Shown here one piece after another: positions 19,902 to 29,300 of a stretch of 64,000 nucleotides of DNA. The notes beneath the pieces are model-generated. The model saw only the letters and a program-made list of their open reading frames with translations. It had not been told where the DNA came from and ran no database searches. The position numbers and the translations under genes were made by a program. This stretch comes from Bacteroidota bacterium (GTDB lineage Bacteria > Bacteroidota > Ignavibacteria > UBA10030 > UBA8401), in the NCBI GenBank assembly GCA_049317705.1, contig JBMOHT010000003.1:165-64164 (forward strand), given 5' to 3'. Position 1 is the first letter of the stretch, and each line of letters opens with the position of its first letter.

Positions 19902-21086
19902 ATGGGACGCGCAGCAATATATATGATCATCGGTTTCAGCACGATCTTCCTTTTTGTCGGGAAGAATATGACCGATGTGAGTGTTCAGTCACTCGACAAT
20001 GCTCTGACCTATTACGAAGGTTCGCAACGATATAATATCGCGGGTGCCGGTGCAGGATTGGCATGCACGCAGCTTTTCCTCGATAAAAATTGGAGGACTG
20101 GTTATTCCAATGTTGATTTTAATTATGGACGATTTACGGTTACTGTCGCCGACACAACCCTTCAGCGTGTGAAGATCATTTCAACGGGAACGTATCAAAA
20201 TACCAGTAATACGGTGATCGTGATCCTTCAGCCAAGTTCATTCTCAAAATTCGCGTATTTTTCTGATAACGAACCTTCGACCATCTTTTGGCAGTCAGGT
20301 GATACAGTATACGGACCGTACCACAGCAATACAAAATTATATTCATCAGGTTCACCGGTATTTAATGGTAAGGTGACAACGAGAACCGGAAAAAGCGGCG
20401 GATCGCCGAAATTCAACGGCGGTTATGAGACCGGTGTGAGTATGCCGCTGCCGTCGGACTTGGCTCCGACCAAGGATTCGGCTATTTCACGGGGAAGATA
20501 CTTGGCGACCATTGATACTGTATGGGCGACATTCAATGCCGATGGGACAATTACTGTCAAAGTTGGTGCGGCAGCTCCAACAACTACAGCATTGACCACA
20601 TATGCTCCTAATGGGGTCATAACATACGAGGGTGCAGTTCTAAGAATTAAGGGAACGGTTTCCGGCCAAGTGAGTATCTCAACAATTACCAATGGTTCCG
20701 GCAAAGGGGGAAAGGTTTTTATTGACGACGATATAAAGTATAAGACCAATCCTCGGTCAAATCCTTCATCAACTGATCTATTAGGCATTATTGCTACAAA
20801 AGAAATTCTGGTTGCGAACACTACCGCCAATAATTCAACAGGGGTTGACATTCAGGCCACGTTATACTCGCAAACGAAAGGATTAGGAGCGGAAAATATC
20901 ACTTCCGGCGGAATGAAAGGATCAATACGGCTTCTTGGCGGAACAACGCAAGGCGAACGACAAATTGTGCAATCATCCGGAAATGGATATCTAAAAAGCT
21001 ATTATTACGATGACCGTTTAATGGGTATGTCGCCCCCCGGTTTCCCTTTGACCGGCGGATTTGAGATCGTCTCCTGGCTTGAATAA
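19902..21086 (+). CDS. Large minor pilin / pilus-associated protein (possible tip/priming subunit)
   Basis: 394 aa, MGRAAIYMIIGFSTIFLFV N-terminal helix then Ser/Thr/Gly-rich beta region; AAGGAG RBS. Confidence 0.35.
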   Translation: MGRAAIYMIIGFSTIFLFVGKNMTDVSVQSLDNALTYYEGSQRYNIAGAGAGLACTQLFLDKNWRTGYSNVDFNYGRFTVTVADTTLQRVKIISTGTYQNTSNTVIVILQPSSFSKFAYFSDNEPSTIFWQSGDTVYGPYHSNTKLYSSGSPVFNGKVTTRTGKSGGSPKFNGGYETGVSMPLPSDLAPTKDSAISRGRYLATIDTVWATFNADGTITVKVGAAAPTTTALTTYAPNGVITYEGAVLRIKGTVSGQVSISTITNGSGKGGKVFIDDDIKYKTNPRSNPSSTDLLGIIATKEILVANTTANNSTGVDIQATLYSQTKGLGAENITSGGMKGSIRLLGGTTQGERQIVQSSGNGYLKSYYYDDRLMGMSPPGFPLTGGFEIVSWLE

Positions 21087-21100
21087 AAAGGCCGAAACTG

Positions 21101-21129
21101 TTGACATTCTCTATGCCTTTCAATATATT
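21101..21129 (+). promoter_or_regulatory. Candidate internal sigma-70-type promoter (TTGACA-N17-TATATT) in 136-nt gap before pilT-like gene
   Basis: Perfect -35 hexamer, 17-nt spacer, near-consensus -10 read directly in sequence. Confidence 0.3.
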
Positions 21130-21222
21130 CACTCCAACGTTTAATGTAACACTTTAGAATGTTGTGTAAACCCTTTATTCTAATTTAGTTGCATTCTTTT
21201 CATCTTTCAACCGTCATCCGTT

Positions 21223-22482
21223 ATGCACGCTGCTCCGACAGCATCATTGGTCATTCCTACCGAAATTGTTGAGAAGGCTCGAACTATTCTCAACCAGGTC
21301 ATTTCTCAAATTCCATCATCAACACAAGGACTTGAACGGCAGATCTTTATCGGCGATTTCGTTGAGAAACTCCCAATTGAGAACAGGCAGATGCTGAGGG
21401 CATTCGTTGAAAGTCTTCTCTTGAGAATGCAATTGATCAACGCATCTGATATTGATTTCGGCGGTTTTGGCGGACACGGGAAGGTGTGGTACAGGATATT
21501 CGGAGCAAAAAAACCTGATCCGACACTTGATCAATTATCGGTGGACGATACCAATATCCTTATTCAATCTCTGATCTCGTCTCGTCAGCGGCAATATCTC
21601 TATGAAATGAAGAATCTCGATTTTTCTTTCATGATCCTCGACGGCGACAAGATGAATCGGTACCGCGCGGACGCGTACATGGATCTTGATCAGCTCGCAC
21701 TGAATATGCGCGCGATCAATGCCACTGTTCGTCCTTACAAAAGTCTTGAACTGCATCCGAATGTAACGAAGATCGTCAGTCTTGCACACACAAAAGAGGG
21801 GATGATCCTGATCACCGGTATAACGGGGTCAGGAAAGAGTACGACACTTGATGCAATGATCGACCTGAACAATCACACAGTGGATGGTCACATCTGTATC
21901 GTTGCATCGCCGATCGAGTACGTTCATAAATCCGACCGCTGTATCGTTCGTCACCGTGAGGTCGGCCGCGATGTGCTTTCATTCAAGGATGGAGCGATCC
22001 AGGCATTGCGTCAGGATCCGGATATCATTATGATCGGTGAAATGCGTGACCCAGAAACGATCATGACCGGATTGGAAATTACGGACAGCGGTCACAAAGT
22101 ATTCTCGACCCTTCATACGGCATCGGCGGTGGAAAGTATCGATCGTATCATCGGTGAAGTTCCTCATGTGGAGCAGGACCGTGTACGGATGCGGTTTGCG
22201 GATGTCTGCAAAATGGTCCTCTCACAGAAACTGATCCCGTCGCTGGACGGAAAACGTGTCGCTGCCCGTGAGATCATGATCATGAATCCTTCGGTGCGCG
22301 CCGCGATCAAGAACGGCAACACCGGAGAGATCTATCAAATGATCCAGGAATCAGGGGAGATCGGGATGCAGACGATGGAGCAGGACCTGAAGAAATTGTA
22401 TCAGCAGAAGAAGATCTCCATGGAAAATGCGATGAACTACGCCAATAATAAAAAACGGATGCAGCAAATCATCAACACGTAA
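21223..22482 (+). CDS. pilT: Twitching-motility-type retraction ATPase (PilT family) with ~60-aa N-terminal extension
   Basis: Walker A GITGSGKSTTL, IMIGEMRD, TLHTASAVESIDRI and SVRAAIKNGNTGEIYQMI (AIRNLIRE-like) PilT signatures; no tetracysteine motif. Confidence 0.8.
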   Translation: MHAAPTASLVIPTEIVEKARTILNQVISQIPSSTQGLERQIFIGDFVEKLPIENRQMLRAFVESLLLRMQLINASDIDFGGFGGHGKVWYRIFGAKKPDPTLDQLSVDDTNILIQSLISSRQRQYLYEMKNLDFSFMILDGDKMNRYRADAYMDLDQLALNMRAINATVRPYKSLELHPNVTKIVSLAHTKEGMILITGITGSGKSTTLDAMIDLNNHTVDGHICIVASPIEYVHKSDRCIVRHREVGRDVLSFKDGAIQALRQDPDIIMIGEMRDPETIMTGLEITDSGHKVFSTLHTASAVESIDRIIGEVPHVEQDRVRMRFADVCKMVLSQKLIPSLDGKRVAAREIMIMNPSVRAAIKNGNTGEIYQMIQESGEIGMQTMEQDLKKLYQQKKISMENAMNYANNKKRMQQIINT

Positions 22483-22487
22483 TTATT

Positions 22488-24050
22488 ATGCCATATAAAA
22501 AAGGTGAAGGTAAAACCGTATTAAGCATGTTCGTGGACGGACTGGATGTGAAATTCGTCCATCTTTCCATGAAGAATAAACGGATTTATCTGCATGATGT
22601 AGTGACGGTGAACCTTGTCAAGCGGCTTGAAGAGCGTGCCGGCGGCGAGATGAATGCGGCTTCAGAGAACTTCGATCTGATGGATAATATCGACAGCGGG
22701 ATGCCGAAGGATGAATTTGCGGAAGGGGAAGGCGGCGCGTCGAACGGGGAAGTGATGATCGGTCTGTTGTCTGAGTATCCCACGGCGTTGTATGAGTTTG
22801 TCTATTCTATCTCTGAACCGAATGTGTACTATCAGCAGTTCGAGGATAACTTCGGATTGTCCGGCCTAAAATTGAAACGCAAACTCGTCGATGAATTGTC
22901 AGCGACACGTTCAGTGAAACCCAGTATCGATTCGGTCTCATTCATTCCCGCAGCAGAAGGACAGATCCTCTCGATCATTCGTGAGGGCGGACTTGGACTG
23001 CTGGATGTCATTGCGAGCGTTCAGGATTTCCTCGACAAACGGGTACCGCGTGTTCAATTCATCGAAACATCGGATGTTTCGTTGATCAATTTTGTGCGTG
23101 TGAATTACGAGATCGGCGAATCCGAGATATCGATCATTGTGTATGTCGGCTCTGAATTCAGCCGCCTGATCTTTATGAAGGGGCAGGATTTCTTCCACTT
23201 TGCTCCTGTGATCAGCGAAGGCCGACTGACCCCCAATATTGAGAATACGATATATTCCAGGATCCTGCTGGAACAGGATAGTGCCGGTATTCTAAGGATC
23301 GACCGGATATTCCTTGCCGGTGAGGCGAATAAGATCGATCTGAAACAATTCCTCTCGCCTCAGTTCGCCGAATCACCTATCGAATATGTCTCGTCTTCCA
23401 ATCTGGATGTTTCGGAGTTCCAGGACAGCCCGGAAGCGATCATCTCTGAATATGCGATCCCGATATCTTCGGCGATGCGTGCACTCGAACCGAAGAATCA
23501 TAATTATTACCATGTTGACCTTCTGCCCATCAGCTTCCGCGAAGGACAGAAGATCTTCAAGCTTGCGTGGCACGGATATCTGCTGCTCACGCTCATCTTC
23601 GTCTCCACGCTGTTCTTCACGAACCGGTTCGCCACATTGAACGATGACGTGCGTCGGTCCAAGAATGAACTGCAGAAGAAGCAGGAACAGCTTGCAGAGA
23701 ATCAGCGCCTGCAGTTGATCCTGGACAGCCTGGTCACGCAGAATGCAAGTTATGAATCGGCGTTGATCGTGTATGATTCGTTGATGCCCAATTATAATCG
23801 CTGGAGTAAAGTTTTCAATCATCTCTCCGGAAGTGTTGAGAGTGTGAATTCCGTTTGGATCAAAGATATGGTGGCGAAGGGTGACTCGGGAATGGAACTT
23901 CAGGGATATACGGTCTTTCGTCAGCGGATCCCCCGAATAGCGAATATGTTCGAGAAAGCGACACTGCAGACCGTTGATATCGAGAATATCCGCGGTAAGG
24001 ATGTCTATAAATTCGTGATCTCCGTCAAAAATTTTGACACAGATAAATAG
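22488..24050 (+). CDS. PilM-like actin-fold domain fused to PilN-like TM/coiled-coil domain
   Basis: 520 aa; N-terminal ~360 aa resembles PilM/FtsA-type, then one TM segment (LLLTLIFVSTLFF) and coiled coil; assignment by architecture. Confidence 0.45.
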   Translation: MPYKKGEGKTVLSMFVDGLDVKFVHLSMKNKRIYLHDVVTVNLVKRLEERAGGEMNAASENFDLMDNIDSGMPKDEFAEGEGGASNGEVMIGLLSEYPTALYEFVYSISEPNVYYQQFEDNFGLSGLKLKRKLVDELSATRSVKPSIDSVSFIPAAEGQILSIIREGGLGLLDVIASVQDFLDKRVPRVQFIETSDVSLINFVRVNYEIGESEISIIVYVGSEFSRLIFMKGQDFFHFAPVISEGRLTPNIENTIYSRILLEQDSAGILRIDRIFLAGEANKIDLKQFLSPQFAESPIEYVSSSNLDVSEFQDSPEAIISEYAIPISSAMRALEPKNHNYYHVDLLPISFREGQKIFKLAWHGYLLLTLIFVSTLFFTNRFATLNDDVRRSKNELQKKQEQLAENQRLQLILDSLVTQNASYESALIVYDSLMPNYNRWSKVFNHLSGSVESVNSVWIKDMVAKGDSGMELQGYTVFRQRIPRIANMFEKATLQTVDIENIRGKDVYKFVISVKNFDTDK

Positions 24051-24057
24051 GTGAATC

Positions 24058-24960
24058 GTGTCATATAAAATCAGAAATAGTATCGTTCTCGCCGTGCTGA
24101 TCCTGCTGGTTATCATTATCGGCACGTACGTAACGGTATTCTATCAGCCGAAGAAGATCCAGCAGAATCTGAAGGAGTCAAAGAAGATCTCCGCTCAGCT
24201 GCAGGACAATACAGAGCAGATGAATGCGATCGAGCAGAATCAATTGAAGCTGCGTGAAACGATGCATCGGTGGAATAATCGTATCAAAGAGATCTCCGAA
24301 TCGGATGTGTCATCGCAGACGTATGGCTATCTCAGCGATATCATTGATGAGAGCGGAGCTCAGCAACTGAAGATGAATTTAGCACTTACCGGTACTGTCG
24401 AGGGCTCGACGATCGGATATAATACTTACAAGATCAGCGGTGTATCCGAGTTCCCCAATATCTTCCGATTCCTTTGGCTGTTGGAGAACGGTCGAAAATT
24501 ATATAAGATCACGAATATCTCCTTCCGCAGCGATGAGGTCGGGGCAGATTCCATGGAGGTCCCGCGGATCGCATTACAGTATGAGATGGAGATCAATGCA
24601 TACTTCACCAAAGAGAAGACCTTGGGTATGCAGGTGATGCGTCCTGATTCTACTCCTCAGCCCATCATGTCCAATCCGTTCCAGCCGAGCATCCTTCGGA
24701 TGAAACCTGCAAATGTCCGTAACCTCGTTGACGTAGACCGGATCTCGGTGAAAGCGACTGCGAACGGCAAGGCACTGGTCATGACGGATGACGGACGACT
24801 GCTCACGCTGCAGATCGGAGACGAGGTCTATCTTGGGAAGGTTTCCAACATCATGCCGAAAGAAGGTTCCATTGAATTTATGCTGAACAATGGTGGAATC
24901 GCGCAGATAGTCCGAAAACAAATACAATTCGAGAAAACAGAGAAGGACGCAGTACAATGA
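24058..24960 (+). CDS. PilO/PilP-like inner-membrane pilus alignment protein
   Basis: GTG start; N-terminal TM + Gln-rich coiled coil, C-terminal beta domain; 300 aa. Confidence 0.4.
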   Translation: MSYKIRNSIVLAVLILLVIIIGTYVTVFYQPKKIQQNLKESKKISAQLQDNTEQMNAIEQNQLKLRETMHRWNNRIKEISESDVSSQTYGYLSDIIDESGAQQLKMNLALTGTVEGSTIGYNTYKISGVSEFPNIFRFLWLLENGRKLYKITNISFRSDEVGADSMEVPRIALQYEMEINAYFTKEKTLGMQVMRPDSTPQPIMSNPFQPSILRMKPANVRNLVDVDRISVKATANGKALVMTDDGRLLTLQIGDEVYLGKVSNIMPKEGSIEFMLNNGGIAQIVRKQIQFEKTEKDAVQ

Positions 24961-26261
24961 AACGATTGATCCTGTTCACAGCCTGTATCGTGCTGATGTC
25001 GATGAATGCGGCAGCACAAAATAACCGTGAGCGTCGTTTGCTGCTGAATGATTACGTCTCACCGGAAGAGCTCGTTTCAATGTCGAAGTCACTTCCGTTC
25101 GACAAAGCTGTGCTTTTATTCAGCGACTTCAGTAAAAAATACATGAATAAGATCATTGTGGATGTGAGCAACAATAAGAAGCCGATCGGTGTGGACATTG
25201 AGAACACATATTGGTATCAGGCATTCGAAGGCGTGCTGCGAACCAATGGATTATGGTACGATGAACGCGAAGAATTCTTTTATGTCTATTCACAGAAAGA
25301 TTCATTAAAGAACGCCGGAGGCTCGAATGGTTCTTCCTCGAATCCATTAACAGCTGCTCAGATCGACTCGACAGGAAAGGTCCTATTACGTCAGCGTGAT
25401 GTGAAGATCTCAACGGTCTTCTTCACGGTCGATGTCGTTAAATCATTGAATGCCGGCATCAACTGGAGTTTCTTCTATTCCGGTGATACGACTCAGGCAG
25501 GTTCCAGACCGACCCAATTTGGGTCCGACTTCTACGGCGGATTCAAGGATCCGAAAGAAACCCAATCCAGCGGTTCCTCCTCATCGTCGAGTTCGTCTTC
25601 CGCGATCAGCCCCGGATTTTACAGCAAGTTCATCCCTGCGATCTCGTTCACGAATATCACTGCGCTGATCAATTTCTTCCAGAACAATCAGCTTGGCGAT
25701 GTCCTCTCCGGTCCTCAGATCGTTGTGTCTTCCGGGAAACAGGGAAAGATCCAGGTAGGTCAGGATATCTTCATTACCACCAGGGATATCGCAGGGAACA
25801 CGATCCAGCAGCCGTTGTCATCCGGTATCATTATCGATGTGAAACCGACTGTGTATGATGAGAATGATATCAAGTTCATCAACCTTGATGTGAAGGCGGA
25901 ACGGAGCACCGCGAGTCCGGGACCGGTGATCAATAAATCATCGGCATCGACATTCAACGTGCTCTATGACGGTGAAGAAATGGTGATGGGCGGATTGTAT
26001 ACAAATGTTGAATCTTCCGAACGGGGAGGGGTGCCCTTCTTAAAGGATCTGCCGTGGTGGGTATTCGGTTTAAAATACCTTTTCGGATATGATAAACAGA
26101 CCACCTCGACTCAGGAACTTATCATTCTGCTGAAAGCTGAATTGATACCGACGTTGGAAGAGCGTGTCGCAACAGCTTCTCAGCGTAAAGGGGCCAACCC
26201 GATCGAACAGGTCCGTACAAAAAATGCTGCTGAGATCGAACGTTTCAAACCCAAAAAATAG
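24957..26261 (+). CDS. pilQ: Outer-membrane secretin (PilQ/GspD family, minimal 434-aa form)
   Basis: Signal peptide; C-terminal secretin signature VMGGLYTN...GGVPFLKDLPWWVFGLKYLFG...TQELIILLKAELIP; poly-Ser linker; ATGA-coupled to upstream gene. Confidence 0.75.
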   Translation: MKRLILFTACIVLMSMNAAAQNNRERRLLLNDYVSPEELVSMSKSLPFDKAVLLFSDFSKKYMNKIIVDVSNNKKPIGVDIENTYWYQAFEGVLRTNGLWYDEREEFFYVYSQKDSLKNAGGSNGSSSNPLTAAQIDSTGKVLLRQRDVKISTVFFTVDVVKSLNAGINWSFFYSGDTTQAGSRPTQFGSDFYGGFKDPKETQSSGSSSSSSSSSAISPGFYSKFIPAISFTNITALINFFQNNQLGDVLSGPQIVVSSGKQGKIQVGQDIFITTRDIAGNTIQQPLSSGIIIDVKPTVYDENDIKFINLDVKAERSTASPGPVINKSSASTFNVLYDGEEMVMGGLYTNVESSERGGVPFLKDLPWWVFGLKYLFGYDKQTTSTQELIILLKAELIPTLEERVATASQRKGANPIEQVRTKNAAEIERFKPKK

Positions 26262-26353
26262 ATCGTGCTATAGATCATCTTTTTCGTCATAACGTTTCAG
26301 TACGTTATGACGATATATTTTTTTAGAGAGTCCCATCTAACTACAGGTATGTT

Positions 26354-29300
26354 ATGAAGTATCTCATGAGAGTTTTGACAAGTGCTGTTCTTATCCTGGT
26401 ATTGGGGATATTCTCCTGTCAGGATCCCAATGCTCCAACGTCTGATTTTACCGTAACGGTGACAGGAACAGCGGTCAATAAAAAAGGAGCGACACAGGAC
26501 AGTGTGATCGTTGTTCTCGACAATCCTTTCCGAAGGGACACCACGAAATCGGATGGGACCTTCTCGTATACATTCACTTCCTCTGAGAAGAACGAAGTAA
26601 CAGCGACATTCAAATTTACACACCGCAATCTTGCATTCCGCGAGACAACGCTTACCCGGACATACAGTTCTTCAAAAAAAACAATCGCATTCGGTGAAGT
26701 GACCCTCAACGGAGTTGACTCGAGTGCGGACAATCAGGACCCGACCCGGCCTTCGTCCCGTGCCGGAGTAGTAACATTTGTCAGCTCTACATTCAAAACT
26801 ATTTCCATCCGCGGTGCCGGCGGTAATGAAGTGACCAACCTGACATTCGAAGTTCGCGACAGTCTCGGCACACCGGTGGATGATAAGAATAAGATCTCCG
26901 TATCATTCAAACTCATCACAAAACCGGATATTGCTGTCGAATTGAATCGCACCAATGCAACCACCAATTCTATCGGTCAGGTTGTCGTTCAACTGACATC
27001 CGGTGATAAAGCCGGTATCGCTCAGGTGCAGGCGGTCACGGCAGTGAAGAATTTGGTCGACACCACGAAATTTGATACGCTCAAATCTCAGATCATTTCC
27101 GTAGCGATCGCAGGCGGACTTCCCGCGATAAGCCATTTTACTCTCGGGTCGGAAAAATTGAATGTCCCCGGTTTGGTACGGTTCGGAATGAAGAATACCA
27201 TCACGGCGATCGTTGCCGATACTTTCGGAAATCCTGTGCAGAAGGGAACGATCGTTTCATTTACAACGAACGGCGGTATCATCAAGAATTCTGCAGAAAC
27301 GTCAGAAGATGGTTTGGTCTCTGTTGACCTGATCACAAGTTACCCATATCCGCCGAATGGTTTTGCGACCGTCACGGCGCAGGTAGGAACTCCGGGTATT
27401 CTGGCAACCAAATCAAATGATGGCGACGCAGCAAACAGTGCTTCGATGGATGAAGCAGTCGTGATCAAGGGATTACGTAATAAAAAGAATCCTCAGACCA
27501 GAAAAGGTTCTTCGCTTATGCTTAAAACCGCAGGCGGAACGACCTTCTCAAAATCCATCAATGTACTCTTCACCGGTGCACCAAGGATCACATCGAATGA
27601 TTCTACGTTCTTCGTACCGCCGCTTGGAACAAAACAGATCCAGTTCACAGTGGATGATATTAACGGCAACCCGATGGTCGGCGGAACGAGTATAAAAGTG
27701 ACCGGTGTGGGTCTTGATACGACCGGAGCTGTCCTTACCGGAGACCTCGTGAGCGATGTGAAGGATTCACACGATAAGTCCTATACGAAATTCAACATCA
27801 GTGTCGCTGACAAACGGACGAAGAATTTAAGCGCCAATATCCCGATCACGATCAATATCGAAGTTGCCGGTGATAATGGGAACATAAAAAAATCATTCAC
27901 CGGTGTCCTTTCCTCCATTGTGTCAGGTGACAGCGGAAAAGTCGGCACTGTCTCTCTTGTGAACAGTTCTACGGATTCTATCGTAGCATCCGGTGCAGGT
28001 TCACCGAATTCTGTGACCGTTCAGGCTAAAGTGCTTACGGTCGTTGGGCAGCCTTCCGCATCCATTCCGGTCAACTTTACGATCGTGAAGAATGTGAATG
28101 GAGGAGAATATCTTTCGTCTCAGGTCGCATTCACCAATGCCGCCGGGATAGCAACGACGACGTTATACAGCGGTATCCGTGCCGGCCTTGTGCAGGTGCA
28201 GGCATCAGTGAAAAAAGATTCATTGGCGATCTCCTCCGATCTGAAGAATATCTATATCAAGACCGGAAAAGTATCATCGATATTCCTTGTGAGCGTCTCA
28301 GCACCGATCATCTCTGTGAAAGGGGGCGGCGGCAATGAGAATAGTGTGATGGTATTCGAAGGTCGCGATTCTCTCGGGAATGCCATTGATGGCTCCAATC
28401 AAGCATCGATCACATTCTTATTGAAGGGGGATACATCCGGAGCGCGTATCAACCCAACAATTATTGGTACTGATCCCAACACGGGGAGAGTTACGGCAAG
28501 CCTTTCGTCGGGTAATCAATCAGGAATCATTCAAGTGGTGGCTCAGTCCGGATCAGTACAATCTCGAGCAGTGCAGATCTCTGTCTCAGGTGGACTACCG
28601 GCACAATCACAGTTCACATTGAATATGCCGAAAAAGAATTATTCGATCCTGACCGACAAAACGACCATCCCATCGGTGACCGTTGGTGATGCACAGGGGA
28701 ATCCGGTGAGCCCGAATACCTTGGTGAATTTCAAAACGAACGGCGGTTTGATCAGTTCAGCTGCCTTTACCAATGCTGATGGTTCAGCATCAACAACACT
28801 CCAGATCGTCAATCCTCAGCCTCCCGGAGGCGTTGCAACAATCGAAGCAAAGACATTCGGTGCAAACGGAGTGATCATTCGTGATACACAGACGGTGGTC
28901 TTCTCACGCGAGGCTGTGATCACCGAAGTCGGCGGTCCATTCAATAATTTCGAGATCGAGGACGGTTTATCGAAAACATTCCAATATACCGTAGCCGATG
29001 TCAACGGAAATCCACTTTCACAGGGAAATGTGATCACAGTGGAATCATTCGGACTCGCATCAGGGAATATCGTCATTTCCGGTGATATCAATGTTTCCTT
29101 GAATGATTCAAAGATCCAAGGTATCGGAACGACTCAATTCTCATTCACTGCTCGCGATACCGTGAAAGATGAAGGGCAGGGACCAAAACCACTAGGATTT
29201 AAGATCAAAGTAACCGGTCCCAATACGATTGGTACCTTGGTGTCGACATTCAACGGCACGTTGAAAGGCGGCGCCGGCGTCGGGAATGAAGGCAGTGTGG

